A DNA stretch of 64,000 nucleotides from Eledone cirrhosa (lineage: Eukaryota): assembly GCA_964016885.1 (NCBI GenBank), contig OZ024747.1, positions 39,184,001 to 39,248,000 of the forward strand. The letters are read 5' to 3'. A model generated the notes under the pieces. That model was not told the DNA's origin. It did not search any database and saw nothing but the letters and a program-made list of their open reading frames with translations. The position numbers were made by a program, and so were the translations under genes. Shown one piece after another: positions 17,061 to 30,079 of this stretch; positions within the stretch are counted from its first letter, which is position 1; each line of letters opens with the position of its first letter.

Positions 17061-18299
17061 CTAAAATTATTATTTCAGAAGAATAATTGTTTTAATGTGA
17101 ATCCTTTCACCTGCATATTTCTTTTCACAAAGACAGCACAACACAATTTTTTCATTAATCTATGATAAGTAAAAATCATTTAAATTATAAGATACAATTT
17201 CTTCCTTGATAATAATCGATATCAAATCTTCCTTTTATTCCTAAGAATTTTTTTCCATGATTCTTATCAGATATATTCGTTTCATTCCTTAGGCTTTATT
17301 CAGAATGTATTATCAGTAATATTAATTAAATAAATGCATCTAAATGAGTTCTGATAAAAACAATCGCAGGTAATATTATGTCGAAATATATGTAGATTAT
17401 AAACACAGTGTATGAACATTCTTACAAACTGCAGCCTTCAATTTAAGAACATTTTAAGCAATTAAATTCCACATATAGGAGGAACCATTGAAAGTTATAA
17501 CTCCGTTATGTCACGAACATCGATCACATTTCCATGTATGCTTCCAAAATGAGGAGACTTTCCATGTCAGATATTATGCCTTCTGTCATTTAATGGTAAC
17601 ATCTGATTTTAAAAATTTAGTTTTACACTTTCCTTAATGCCTCTCGAACACTTTATTGTGATTTGTTGCGATTTTATAGCGAAGACCATTTCCGAAGATA
17701 GAAAAGTGCTGTACCTTTATCACTTGGAGTGAATAAGATGAAATGATTTTTCTATAGTACCTTACTCGACTAAAACGTTTTAAAAATAAAGAAAAATGAA
17801 AAAAAAAAGTAGTTTACTTAAATAAATGTCATATAAGTATGAGCAAATAAATGATGAAAATCACTTAACCGTGTAGAACGTAAACAAAAATAATGTTTTC
17901 AATATTCTGTCTAAGAAAGTTTCTAATCGGAATATGAAAACTTCGAAGTGTAACATTAAAGAAAAACATAACTTAAAACGTTATGACATTTGTAACGCAT
18001 TCAAATATAGAGATGAGCAAAGTGTACATGGGAGGCAGACTGTGGTCTGCGATGTATATTACAAAATATCTATTTTCTAACTGTCTTGTATATTTGCGTG
18101 CGTTGCGCGTTGAATATATTAGTCAAACGTTGAGGTTGCTAAAAGACAATGTTCTTCCTGTATATTTTTCTTACGTGTGTGAGTGTATCATTGTTCAATA
18201 TTGGTTTAATTTTAAAATATGATAAATCAAATGATTTAGCAATGTGTTTTTTTTTCCAAATAGGAAGTTCTTTATCTGGGTAGACTGGGAATTTTCACA

Positions 18300-18465
18300 A
18301 TGGTTGCGGAAGAATTGCTAAGAGTTTGTACATGGAAAAGCAGATAGTTACCGCCCTTTATATTCTGAGTTCAAATCCTGCCTTTCATACTTTCCAGGTC
18401 GATGAAATCAACTTTCCTATTCCTCAAAATTGTTGGACTTGTGTCTAAACAAGAAAACATTAATA
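18300..18465 (+). mobile_element. Degenerate tRNA SINE
   Basis: ttctgagttcaaatcctgcctttcatactttccaggtcgatgaaat..ttgtgtctaaacaagaaa. Confidence 0.6.
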
Positions 18466-18529
18466 TCATTATCACGTCTTTGTCACATAGTGTTGATAGA
18501 ACATGCACGTGAAAATGTAGGCATTTGTC

Positions 18530-19135
18530 AAGTCACATTGAGGACCTCAGGCAAATAATACTTTTCTTGAAGTATCTCTGCCTAGGAAAGCTGAGTTTTG
18601 TATGATACCACTCATGCATGGTGTTCCCAACCGCTTTAAGACGTATTTGGGCAGGGAAGGGCAGGCAGTTTTCCTATATCTGATTGCGGTAGCGAAAGAG
18701 GTTGTATGATGCACCAGGTTGAAAGGACTGATGACGGACACTTTTTCCTTCGGTCAATCCCCCGTCAACGTTTTCAAGTTTCACTAGGAAAGGAAGATGA
18801 AGGTGGAGAGAGAGGTGCTGTCACCCAGTACGTTTTCTAAAATGTAGGTGAATGTTTCAATAATAGCCCGTGTGAATAGACTTACACCACGCATGAACCT
18901 GTAGGTTGGTTAATTTGAGGAGGAGAAGATTGCCCGTCTCGGTGCTCTCGAAACGTCGGTTGGTTCAGGATTGGTGGGTTTCCTGAGTCGCCTCTTATTG
19001 GTTCTCCCTCCAATTTGGGAATTCATTTTGTTGTACTTGTTATTGTTATGTTGTACACGGTTTGAATGTAAATCTCCACTGTCCCTGTTTCTGTATTGTC
19101 GCCTATTTATAGGCCCTAGTGCCAATACAATAATA
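18530..19135 (-). mobile_element. Internally deleted R4/Dong-like LINE relic
   Basis: The 3' part translates IQNSAFLG..RKVL* (compare LQKACLLGTARTLRYVL at 22000-22061). The 5' part abuts an (AAT)n tract. Confidence 0.5.
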
Positions 19136-20199
19136 ATTATTATTATTGGAATTTGATGGAAGCAACTATCATGTAAGGAGTCAACTTAAAAATAATATTA
19201 AATATAATCTCTCAATGATATATCAAAAGATAACGGCAAATTATAGGTGATAGCCGAAAAACACTAACTACAACATACTTAAGAGTTGACCATTACTTTG
19301 ACATGAATTACGACGGGAGATTTTTTTTTTTTCCCCATGCTAGGTCACATGGTCTGAGAAACGTGGTAGCAAACTCTATTAGAAAGCGAAACGATTAAAC
19401 ACCATAAACAGCTTTGGTATATATTATTAAACCACAGCGTGTACGGGATGGCATATTACAAGCCAATTTGTGTGCCGTTGCGACTCCACTTTACCAACTT
19501 GTTTAGTTTCAACTACAAACTGAGAACGGTGTACTTGTAGGTCAATCTAGATTGGCTGTCGCAACTTTTAGACAGAGGGTAGAGTGGTGTTAAGAGTTTC
19601 ATCTCGAATCACGCATTTCTACTCACTGATCTAAATGCAAAAAGATATATAATTGAGTATAATGAGATTTATTAAATGAATTATACATCGGTACGTCAAT
19701 ACATCACAACTGTATATCGACACATCGAAGTAAAATTAATTGGCTCCGGAACTTCCCAATAGAAATCAATATTAAATACCATTGTTTATCATAAATACAT
19801 AATGCAATAATTGCATTCAATAGACCAAACACCTACATGACATATTACACGACATCAAAAGAGTAACGTATAAAAATTGATGCTGTTAAATTAGTTTTAA
19901 ATTCAGCTACATTGAAATTTGATTGATGTTAACGCTATGAACAAATGCAAATTGTATTTGAAGTTTGACTATGTAGTGGTTTCATGTTATTTTCGCTAAT
20001 TTGGTGTTTCTTGATATTTCTTGTGTAAAGTCAAGTTAACATTTCTCTCCGAGCAGATTAGTATAAGGCTTACTAAACCTAAATCGATTCCAGCAAATTA
20101 TTATATAAATTATTTTATATTTCCAGAGAAAGAGTAGGTTGAAATGTAACATCGATAAATGTTATGTAGCAACGTATAGTTATTATTATTTGCACTATC

Positions 20200-20910
20200 A
20201 GTAGCGGGTCGGACATGCTTTTCAGCATAGTTACGTCCCCTTACGATCTGAGTTCAAATCCTGCCGAGGTTAACTTTGCTTTCATCCTTATCGTGACGAT
20301 AAAATAAAGTACCAGTCGCGTACTAGGGTCGATTTAATCTCCTCCTAAAATTTCTGGTCTTGTGCCTATATAAGTAACCATTATTAAGGATGGTGAGGGC
20401 GGTGGATTGGCAGTATCGGTATAGAGTCGTACGCCATGATTTCCAGCATAGAGTTACGCCCCTTTCGGGACTGAGTTCAAATCCCGCGAAGGTTAACTTT
20501 GCCTTTCATCCTTACGGGGTCGATAAAATAAAGTACCGGTAATGTACTGGGTAATTGCTGGCCTTGTGCCAAAAGTAGAAACAATTATTATTAACGGTGG
20601 TGAATTGGATCGTTAGAGCGTCGGATAACATGATTTGTGGCATAGAGTTAGTCAAATCCCACCAAGATTAGCCTTTCATTCTTACGGGTCCACAAATAAA
20701 GTACCAGTAACGCACAGGGGTCGATTTAATCGACTTCCCTCTACCTCCAAATTGTTGGCCATGTGTCTGAATCAGAAATCATTCTTATCGTTATTATTGA
20801 TATTAGGTTAACTTTGCCTTTCATCCTTACGGGGTCGATACAATAAAGTACCAGTAAGGTACTGGGTATTTGCTGGCCTTGTGCCTAAAGTAGAAACAAT
20901 TATTATTATT
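20200..20910 (+). mobile_element. Head-to-tail cluster of four SINE copies
   Basis: Units at about 20200-20385, 20398-20590, 20595-20790 and 20807-20905, each with the GCCTTTCATCCTTAC core and an (ATT) tail. Confidence 0.85.
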
Positions 20911-20978
20911 ATATAAGAAACCATTATTATTATTAATATCATTTGAATCTCAGGAAAATTGTTCAAATGAATATCAAT

Positions 20979-21254
20979 AGGATTTGGAACTGCCATGAAG
21001 TCAAAGTGGTCCCTATTGTTATATGAGCACTAGGTACTATCTCAAAGAGTTTCCAGGGATCGTTAAAGAAAATTGGCCCCACCCCGCTTTTTGGAATACT
21101 TGAAAAGGCATGCTTGCTGGGAACAGCAAGAACCCTCCGATACGTCCTGAATACCTGAGGCTGCAGGTAGTGGCTTGATATTCATTTCAAAAAACTTTCC
21201 AGTTAACTAACATCAATGACTGTGACTCAAAGAATAATAATAATAATAATAATG

Positions 21255-21293
<39 letters not shown>
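20979..21293 (+). mobile_element. Short 3' end of R4/Dong-like RLE LINE with (TAA)n tail
   Basis: Diverged direct copy of 21882-22135, followed by (TAA)n at 21233-21293. Confidence 0.85.
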
Positions 21294-21297
<4 letters not shown>

Positions 21298-21324
21298 TCT
21301 CTTTGAGATAGTACCTTCATAGTA

Positions 21325-22147
21325 CCTTCTTTGAGAAAACTGAATTTAGAGATCCACAGACATGGAACTGGTTGAGAAGAGGAGACCTCAAAAAGGCTAC
21401 AGAAGGAATGCTAATGGCTGCGCAGGAGCAGGCCCTCAAAACGAAGTGGTTGAAGCACCATATCTACAAGGAGGAGGCTAGCCCACTGTGCAGGATCTGT
21501 GGAGAGAGAGAGGAGACTGTGGCTCACATTGTGTCCGAGTGTAAACACCTAGCCCAGACCCACTATAAGGGCTGGAGACACGATGTGATGGGCAGGGTGA
21601 TCCACTGGCACCTGTGCAAAGTAAACAATCTACCACATTCTGAGAAATGGTATGAGCATAGGCCAGAGGCGGTGATGGAGAACAGTCAGGTGAAGGTGCT
21701 GTGGGATTTTAGGATACAGACGGACAAAAAACTGGAACACAATAGACCTGACCTGGTGGTTGTGGACAAAGAAAAAAGATCGTGCCTGATTGTGGATGTG
21801 GCCTGCCCGTTCGACACGAGAGTGCAAGAGAAGGAGAGGGAGAAAATTAACCGATACCAGGACCTAAAGTGGGAGGTGAAAAGGATTTGGAACTGCCATG
21901 AAGTCAAAGTGATCCCGATTGTCATAGGCGCACTGGGGACTATCTCCAAAGGTTTCCAGGGATGGTTAAAGAAAATCGGCCCCTTCACGCTTTTTGGAAC
22001 GCTTCAAAAGGCATGCTTGCTTGGAACGGCAAGAACCCTCCGATACGTCCTGAATATCTGAGGCTGCAGGTAGTGGCTTGATATTCAATCCAACGGACTT
22101 TCCAGTTAACCAACATCAATGACTGAGATTCAAGGAATAACAATAAC

Positions 22148-22180
<33 letters not shown>
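21325..22180 (+). mobile_element. 5'-truncated R4/Dong-clade non-LTR retrotransposon
   Basis: Open frame with a CCHC knuckle and restriction-like endonuclease, short 3' UTR and (TAA)n tail. Confidence 0.88.
21372..22061 (+). CDS. C-terminal zinc knuckle and PD-(D/E)xK restriction-like endonuclease of an R4/Dong LINE (fragment)
   Basis: CRICGEREETVAHIVSEC, RHD, NRPDLVVVDK..IVDVACPFD..EKINRYQDL, LQKACLLGTARTLR. Confidence 0.88.
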   Translation: MRRGDLKKATEGMLMAAQEQALKTKWLKHHIYKEEASPLCRICGEREETVAHIVSECKHLAQTHYKGWRHDVMGRVIHWHLCKVNNLPHSEKWYEHRPEAVMENSQVKVLWDFRIQTDKKLEHNRPDLVVVDKEKRSCLIVDVACPFDTRVQEKEREKINRYQDLKWEVKRIWNCHEVKVIPIVIGALGTISKGFQGWLKKIGPFTLFGTLQKACLLGTARTLRYVLNI

Positions 22181-22181
<1 letters not shown>

Positions 22182-22427
22182 TTTCCTTTATTAACCACAA
22201 GGGTTTACATAAAGTAGACATTAAGGACAGTACAGGACAATACAATGCGGTACAAATGGGCATTTCTGCGTGTAAAAAAACAGAGGATGTAATAAAAAAA
22301 ATAACAATGAAAATTTCCCCAATAGGGGGGCGACTTCCGAGGGACATTTGTTGAGAAAGCCCATTAAAAGACCACAGTGACCCTGACCACCAGGGCATGT
22401 GCCCTCTCCCAGTTTTCCACCTTTAAT

Positions 22428-25400
22428 TTACAGACACATACTCAGAGTAGGCCCATTCACTCGGGCCATACTTGCTTCTCTCACCCATCTTTCAACAAAA
22501 TGCTGGGAAGAGAGCACTTCCCTTTCTACCCTGATTTTCCTTTTTAAATGAAATTTGAAAATGTTAATCAGGGCATCACCGAAGAGGTAAGTGCTCGTCT
22601 TCAGACCTTTCAAACGTGTCCACCATACTATCTCTTTCGCCATGGCCACCAGACAGATTAAAAACTGCCTGCCCTTCCCACCTAAAGGAAGAGGGCGGGG
22701 CAATCCTCACGATAGACTCAGCTGATAGCTGGATCCGTCCTACACGCGACAGCATGTGTTTGACATAAACCCACAAGTCAGCAATGATCGGACACTGGAC
22801 GAGTGCGTGCATGACGGTTTCGTCGTCCTGCGCGCATCTCGGGCATGCCCGGCTGACGGCATATCCATGCCTGTAGAGTTTATCCCGAACTGGCAAAGCT
22901 CCTCGGTAGCACTGCCAGGCCAGGGATTTTTGGAAGTTGTCCATAGGCCCCGCCCGGCCCGAAAGTTCTTCCGAAGAGATTGGCTAGTTGATTTACGTCG
23001 AAGCCTAGAGTTTCCCCAAGTACGTCGTCGCTCTTCCCCTCCACTAATCCTCTATAGAACGCCAAGGTGGAGTTTCCACCGATCACATTGCCCGATTGGT
23101 CGAGGGCTGTGATCGACTGAAGACATTCCAGTCTCCAAGCGCTCCCTCTCGGTCTTCGCTTGACCCAGGACTACAGCTCCGTCAAGGAGACGAGTTGGCG
23201 AAAGACGCGTCTATAAACGGAGAGCACACCTGATCACCGTCGAGGAAAAGGTGGAGATGTCGTAGCCTGAGCGCGTATCTGCGCATCATCAGCCACGGCA
23301 ATCCCAGCCCTCCACGCAGTGGGTGTTGACAGCAGATGGACCGCCTGACGATCGGAGCGCGCCCCTTCCACAAAAAGCGAAAGAGCAAACGCTCCTGCGC
23401 AGTCAGGCGGGACTTAGGACAAGGTACGACGGTGAGGTGGTAGTAGATGACGGACGCGATATACGCGTTAGCCACCTCCGCTCGACCTTTCAGGGATAGC
23501 TTCCTCTCGGCCCATTTCTGGGTGAGAGAAGCCACGATGCTCGTCACCTCGTCCCAGTTTTTGTCCGTCTGGAGGTCCGGACCGAACCCGACCCCGAGCA
23601 ATTTAACTGGTCCGTCCGTCCAGCGCCCGACGAAGCTGTTCGACGGCATGGACCTGCCTTTCCAGGTGCCGAGCTGCAGGCCCACTGCCTTTTCCTGGTT
23701 GACCATTGCTCCTGTCAGGCTTCGTATTCTCTTAGTGTAGTGTCGATAGCCTCGATGTGTTTGGCGTTCGACACCACTACGGTGACATCGTCCGCATATG
23801 CTGACACGGATCTTCCGCACCCTAGTTCGCGCGGGACTCCCCTCAACGTCTCCAGTTTGTGCAGTAATGGCTCGAGAGTCAATACGTACAAGAGGGACGA
23901 GAGGGGACATCCTTGGCGGACCGAGCGCATGATGTTGAACGGTTCCGAAAGGTGACCGTTCACTCTTACCACAGAGCAGATGTCGCTGTGCATGTCAGCG
24001 ATCCAGCCTCTGAAGACGGGCCCAAAGCCAGCCACCCTCAGGACTGCCGCTAGGTAACAATGGTCGACCCTATCGAAAGCTTTCGACTGATCTAAATTGA
24101 TCAAGGACCCACGCGAGCCAGATACCCTAGCTACCCTCTCTACGATGTATCGCATGAGGTGGAGGTTTTCGTGGATGGATCTGTCTGGAATGGCGCATCT
24201 CTGCGCCTCTCCCACCAGACCACCAACAACACGCGCCAACCTCTTTGCTAGCACCTTGGCCAAAATCTTGAACTCTGTGTTTAGCAGAGTTATGGGCCTA
24301 AAGTTATCTATGTTATCACCCTTGTTCGGATCCTTTCTCAGCAGCGCCACAGCTCCTCGGCTCACAGAGCTGGGAATTCTCCCGTTCTGTTGCCAGTTGC
24401 AGTTGACGTCCACCAAGAGGCCCCCGAACAAGTCTGGCATCTGTACGTAAAGTTCATAGGGCAGACCATCCAAACCAGGCGATTTACCCCTTGTGCAGCT
24501 AGTCATTGCCTCCCGTACTTCAGCGGCTGTTATCGGCTTTTCGCAACACGCCGCCTCAGAGGGCTAGAGCAGCGGCAGTCCGACGAGGTAGACACTAAAG
24601 TCCATCCCTCGATCCGGCCGGCCTCTGCCCCCGAACAACTGAGCGAAGTGTCGCTGAGAAGCTTCACACATTTGCCCGTGATCGAGTAGCATGCGCCCAT
24701 CGTGGTCCACCAAAGACCGGATCGTGGCTTTGTTGCCACGATGCGCCTCCGCCCTTCGGGCCCATTGAACGGCTTTCGTCCCCTCGTGTCTGAGAGCATG
24801 CACCCTAGCTCTGACAACTCAGCCTTCGTGCTTTGCATTGAAGAATTGGTCAAGGGCCAATTTCGCCGCAAATATGTTGCAAATATGAAGCCTATCTAAG
24901 TCAAGCACACAGATCACGTATTTGTGGTCCGTGTAGCTGACTATTTTGAATTGTGGAAAGCCTATGCTAGACCTATCTATTTCCCTACAAAATACTCTAT
25001 CTAGATATGATCTGGATTACCCTATGCGATTTGTCCAAGTCCACATTGGCACATTCGGGAAATCCAATCGGTACCTGTCAGACAGTTCAAAACGCCTGAG
25101 CAGGTTGGTGAGGCTCTTGCACCCTCCTCCCCTATTCGCTAATCCCACACAGTCCCAGCGTGCATCTAACATCCCGTTCCAGTCGCCCACTAACACTAAA
25201 GAGCGGGACGTTCCAAGAAAGGTCTCCAGACGCCGGAAGAAATCAGGCCGCCCTGCTCCTGTCGGGGCATAGACGGCCTCTAACCTGAAAGCTTGCCCGT
25301 CTCCGCTGGTCACGTCTAGCTCTACCAACTCACCCTCTGGGTCCAGGAAGTTGGCCCGTATGGCGAGATCCAAACCTCTCTGAAAAAGCACAGCTACTCC

Positions 25401-25604
25401 TTCCCCCGATCCCGGACGGCTGGGAGATGCGTACACATCGTAGCCGCCGAAGATCGGTGCGAAGGCCCGTGCTGCGGAGATTCTGGTCTCGCTGATGGCC
25501 ACTACATCTATGTTTAGTGACCTGAGGACGTTGAGCAGGTGGCCCTGCTTCCATGACGACCCCAAGCCACGCACCTTTATGCTGCCTATTCTAAGTAAGG
25601 TCAT
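22428..25604 (-). pseudogene. Tx1 ORF2: APE endonuclease, reverse transcriptase and C-terminal cysteine domain, in several frames
   Basis: VRGL..ISET..GVAVLF..VYAP..GDWN; GKSPGLDGLP..FRPITLLNTEFKILAK..LDQSKAFDRVDH..VRQGCPLS..AYADDV; CPRCAQDDETVMHALVQC. Confidence 0.93.
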
Positions 25605-25916
25605 GTTGTAATGGAGTGGAAAAGATGGGAAAGACCACTTACCTTACTTCTCGTAGAGGAAGCATGTTTTGTCCATCCTTTTCACTGCTTGTGGCCTCCT
25701 CCGGAAGGATGTCCTTATAAATCCCCCTTGAGAGTGTTTGTCGCAAGACTCCGATGTCTTTGGGGAATTTTTGTTTTAGTGTCGTGTACGTTTTCTGTGT
25801 GATGCGATTGATTTGTATGTGTGTAGGTGGTGTGAACTTTTGGGTTGTTGTGTAGTCTTTTTCTGTGATGCTGGTGTTGTGTTGCATGTAGTGTAATAAT
25901 TGGTTGTTGTTCAAAT

Positions 25917-26106
25917 GTATTTGTTTCTACTTTAGGCACAATGCCAGCAATTACACAGTGCATTACTGGTACTTTATTTTATCGATCCCTTAAGGAAGAA
26001 AGGCAAAGTCAACCTCGGCGGGATTTGAACTCAGATCGTAAATGGACGTAACTATGCTGGAAAGCATGGCGTCCGACCCTCTACCGATACTGCCAATCCA
26101 CTGCCC
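25917..26106 (-). mobile_element. Full tRNA SINE inserted in Tx1 ORF1
   Basis: 16-bp TSD tggttgttgttcaaat at 25901-25916 and 26107-26122. Confidence 0.92.
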
Positions 26107-26127
26107 TGGTTGTTGTTCAAATTTAAT

Positions 26128-26211
26128 TGTTTCTACTTTAGGCACAAGCCCAGCAATTACCCAGTGCATTACTGGTACTTTATTTTATCGACCCCGTAAG
26201 GATGAAATGCA
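26128..26211 (-). mobile_element. 5'-truncated SINE next to the previous copy
   Basis: SINE 3' half flanked by aaatttaat direct repeats. Confidence 0.8.
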
Positions 26212-28075
26212 AAATTTAATGCTGTGTAGTGCGTATCGTTTTGGTTGTTTTGTTTTGTTTGCGTTTGTTGTTGTTTTGTTTCTGTTATGCTTTTTGGTGA
26301 CTTTTGTGGTGTTGGTGATGGTGGTGTTTGGTTTAATGATGGTGATGGTGTTGGTGTTTGTGGTGATGGGCTTGGTGTGGATGGTGGCGTATCTGTCCTA
26401 ACTTTTTTGTTTGATAATTTATTCATTTCCCTCTGTATTTTGTTTTTGGAGAAGGAAGGAAGAGAATTTTTTTCTTTTTTGGTTTCTTTTTTTCTATTTT
26501 CCTGATACCGTTTCCCACTCCTCGTCGTCACAATCTGTCTCCAGTTGTGATAGGCCGGGGAGTGGAAATTCCTCCACAGGCGTTGGTTTTGGTTGTGGCG
26601 TGGTGGATGGTGTAGGCGCTGGTGCTAGTTCTGGCGCGTTGGGTGGTGGTGGTGTTGGTTTTGCTACTGTTGCTGGGGTTGTTGCTGTTACAGTTGCTTC
26701 TGTTGTTGCTGCTACAGTTGTTGGTGCCATTTCGGCTTCTGGTGGTGTTGATGGTTGAGTCACTGAGGTGGCCTCAACCTTTTAGCCTGAGGGCAGAAAG
26801 CCCTTAGGTGGGTTCCTTCACCACAAACGACACACCTAGGTCTTCTGCACTCGACGATTACGGTGAGGTGGATGCCGTCAGTGAGGTCTATTACCTCTGG
26901 GATCTCCTCAATGCTTTTTTGGTCCGCATGGATCAGGAGCTCCATCCCAGATCTGGACCAGTTCTCCTGCTTATCTTTCGCTATTTCAATTATCTTGGTG
27001 TTGGCCTCGATGCCGGTGAGGACGGCAGCCATTAGCCAGGGAATTTCGATGGCCGGTGGAACGTGGATCACCCTGACCTTCGCAAGTCTCTGGCCACAAT
27101 AGCTTGAGACGAGTGTGAAGTCGTCACTTCTTAATGGGGCCTCCTGTGGTGTTTCAAAGAACACGTCCACGGTTCCATACTTCTGCCCACGTCTGATGTA
27201 GGTTTTTTTGGCCAGACATGTCCCAAAGCATTTGGGATTTGGGACTCGGATGCCCGTTCCACTCGGCGCGATTTTATCTTAATTGTCCGATAAGATACGG
27301 TGCATAGGCTACGTTGCTCCATTTTATTAGGTGTATGGGGGGGACCCTGTACCGATCTTTCTTTACCATTCCTTTGGCTTCTTCTAATTCCTCCTGAGTT
27401 ACGTGGATCGCTTCGCACGTTTTTGCTACTCTGGCAAAACTCAGGGTAGTTTTCTTAATTTCATTGTTGCTGTTGTTGTTATCGTTATGTTTGGTATTGT
27501 TAATTTTAGTTTCAGTTGTGGTGGTGGTGGCGTCAGTGGTGTACGGTGTGGAAGAGTTCATTTTGGTTGAATTCATTTCGACATCACGAGTTAATTTATT
27601 TTTTACTTTTGTTTCTGTTGTCGCTGTGGTGGTTGTGGGGCTTGTGGTTGTTGCGGTGCTGGTGGTGGTGGCGGCTTTAACACCTGCAGTCATTGGTAAT
27701 GGCGGGAAATGAACGTCTGTCTGAGATAAAATTTTAAAAATTGCTACTGCTTACATTTCCAGTGTTGGCAAACGTAGCAATATTTACAATGGTGGTGTCG
27801 GTGTGAGGTGTTAGATTGTGAGGAAGGAGTGACTCTGAGTCAGCCATGATTCTTCAAAGAAAAATGTTTGTTTGATAATTATGAAACGTTTAAATTTTGG
27901 CCTCAAGGCCCCAATATTTTTGAATGTCCTTTTCAGAAATCAATATATGTGCACTTATATACATTTAACAATAAGAATTTTCCATAAACGGCAATTTTAA
28001 ACAACTGAAAATAACAAACCTTTGCGGAGCTCACGGTGACACGATTTACTACGTATGTCGTCAATAATAATAATA

Positions 28076-28261
28076 ATTGTTTCTACCTTAGGCACAAGGC
28101 CAGCAATTACACAGTGCATTACTGGTACTTTATTTTATCGACCCCGTAAGGATGAAAGGCAAAGTCAACTTCGGCGGAATTTGAACTCAGATCGTAAAGG
28201 GACGTAACTATGCTAGAAAGCATGGCGTCCGACTCTCTACCGATACAGCCAATTCACCGCC
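28076..28261 (-). mobile_element. Full tRNA SINE between (AAT)n tracts
   Basis: A and B boxes plus the core domain, as in the other copies. Confidence 0.9.
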
Positions 28262-28290
28262 AATAATAATAATAATAATAATAATAATGA

Positions 28291-28321
<31 letters not shown>

Positions 28322-28356
28322 AAGAAGAAGAAGAAGAAGAAGAAGAAGAAGAAGAA
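28262..28356. repeat. (AAT)n-(AAG)n compound microsatellite
   Basis: Read directly from sequence. Confidence 0.95.
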
Positions 28357-29259
28357 ACAATATAGACACAAGGATTCTTAACTGCTCCGCAGGATTCAAC
28401 TCTAAGGACGAGTTTCATCAGAAAACATAGCGATTGGGATGTTGTAACACAACGGTTCTCAACCCCTCGAAATCACGAAACGCCCTCTACCCTATTTTTC
28501 CATTTTTTAATATACTACTGATTTTGGTATCAGTAGATTATTGGGCCAAATCAAGTTATGAATCTTTAAAAAATACTCGTACCAATTAAATACAAAAAAG
28601 TTTCAGTCCAAAATAAAAGTAAACTATTTCAAATTATATATTTTTGAAAAATAGACGTGGATGTACTCAAAGATTTGATGTCAGTCGAAAAAGCTTCTTT
28701 TTTTTAAATGTTATATTTCACTTCTTAGCTGTTGTAATAGTTGGAGTAGATAGACAATTCTACAATTCAAACTGTAAAGTCAAAATACAAAAGATGCAAA
28801 ATATGAAGAATTTCTTACCTTTTTATGAAATCACAAACTCAGGGGAAAATAGTACCTTGCAAAATAAAATACCTCGTAGCAAAATAAAATACTTAGTAGC
28901 AACGAATGAATTGAGAAGCTTGGTGACAGTGAGAAAGTATTCCTTATATTTATACATAGATATATACACACACACACACACACACATACACACACACACA
29001 CACACGAACACACACGAACACACACAGACACACACACATACACACACACATACACACGCGCATATACATACACACGCACACACTTCTGTGTGTGTACCTT
29101 GGTTTTGGTACAGAAAGTAATTTTGTCTCCAGTTTTTATTGCCAGCTCAAAGGCCACTGCTCTTTTCAACAACTCCAAATAACAACGCCATATATATATA
29201 TATATATATATATTTTAAAAAGTGAGGTCTTTTTACAAAATGAAAAAAAAAACGAAATG

Positions 29260-29435
29260 CTTAACGGTACTTCTTCCGTTTTTACGTTCTGAGTTCAAAT
29301 TCCGCCGAGCTCAACTTTGTCGTTCATCCTTTTGGGGGTCAATGTATTAAGTAACAGTTGTGTACTAGGATCGATGTAATCGACTGAAAGCTAAACTCCA
29401 AATTTCATGCATTGTTCCTATAGTAGAAATGATTA
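29260..29435 (+). mobile_element. Degenerate tRNA SINE
   Basis: ttctgagttcaaattccgccgagctcaactttgtcgttcatccttttgggg..gtagaaat. Confidence 0.75.
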
Positions 29436-29569
29436 TAACTGGTGACAATCTTCACCCACCACCATGTTTGGCCCACTGTGCCTCTCCTCCAGGACGTAAT
29501 GGCCCTTTTGTGCACTTGAGTTTGAGGCCCCTCTTCTACACAGACACACACACATATATACTTTACTTT

Positions 29570-29815
29570 TTTTCTATCTCCGGACTACGCCCATGCTAGA
29601 GTATCACTTTGGTAAGTTAAGGGGACGTCAACAAATCAACAAGCATTGGTGGGAGGGCAAATACAAACGCAAAGACACACACAGACATATATACATATAT
29701 ACGACGGGCTTCTTTTAGTTTCGGTCTATCAAATCCACTCACAGGGCCTTGGTCGGCCCGGGCAGTGGGACTGAACCCGGAAATATGTTGTCGGGAAGCA
29801 AACTTCTTGTCTCAC
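29570..29815 (-). mobile_element. Second tRNA-SINE family, internally deleted
   Basis: Minus strand has a B-box-like GGGTTCAGTCCC, then cccgggccgaccaaggccctgtgagtggatttg..gaagcccgtcg. Confidence 0.6.
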
Positions 29816-29829
29816 TGCGCACATATATA

Positions 29830-29920
<91 letters not shown>

Positions 29921-30079
29921 TTACACATTTAAATATAAATGCATGTATATATACAATGTATAAATGCATAGCTATATAGATACGTAAATGTATGCATGTA
30001 TATATATGTATGTATGTGGATTCATATATATATATATATAAATATATATATATTCATATTATATATCATTCAATCTACA

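Larger units (their letters stand above)
25639..27693 (-). pseudogene. Tx1 ORF1 (gag-like), broken by frameshifts and two SINE insertions
   Basis: ATG at 27693, T/P-rich tracts, LSFARVAK, RRPRCVVCGEGTHLRAFC knuckle, EEWETVSGK. Confidence 0.8.
22176..28062 (-). mobile_element. Near full-length Tx1/L1-clade LINE, frameshifted
   Basis: 5' UTR, ORF1 with CCHC knuckle, ORF2 with APE-RT-zinc domain, 3' UTR with AATAAA at ~22187-22192, and (AAT)n at both ends. Confidence 0.92.

Noticed and set aside
20200-20910. CRISPR-like repeat array
   Set aside because: Irregular tandem SINE insertions in eukaryotic DNA with no cas genes.
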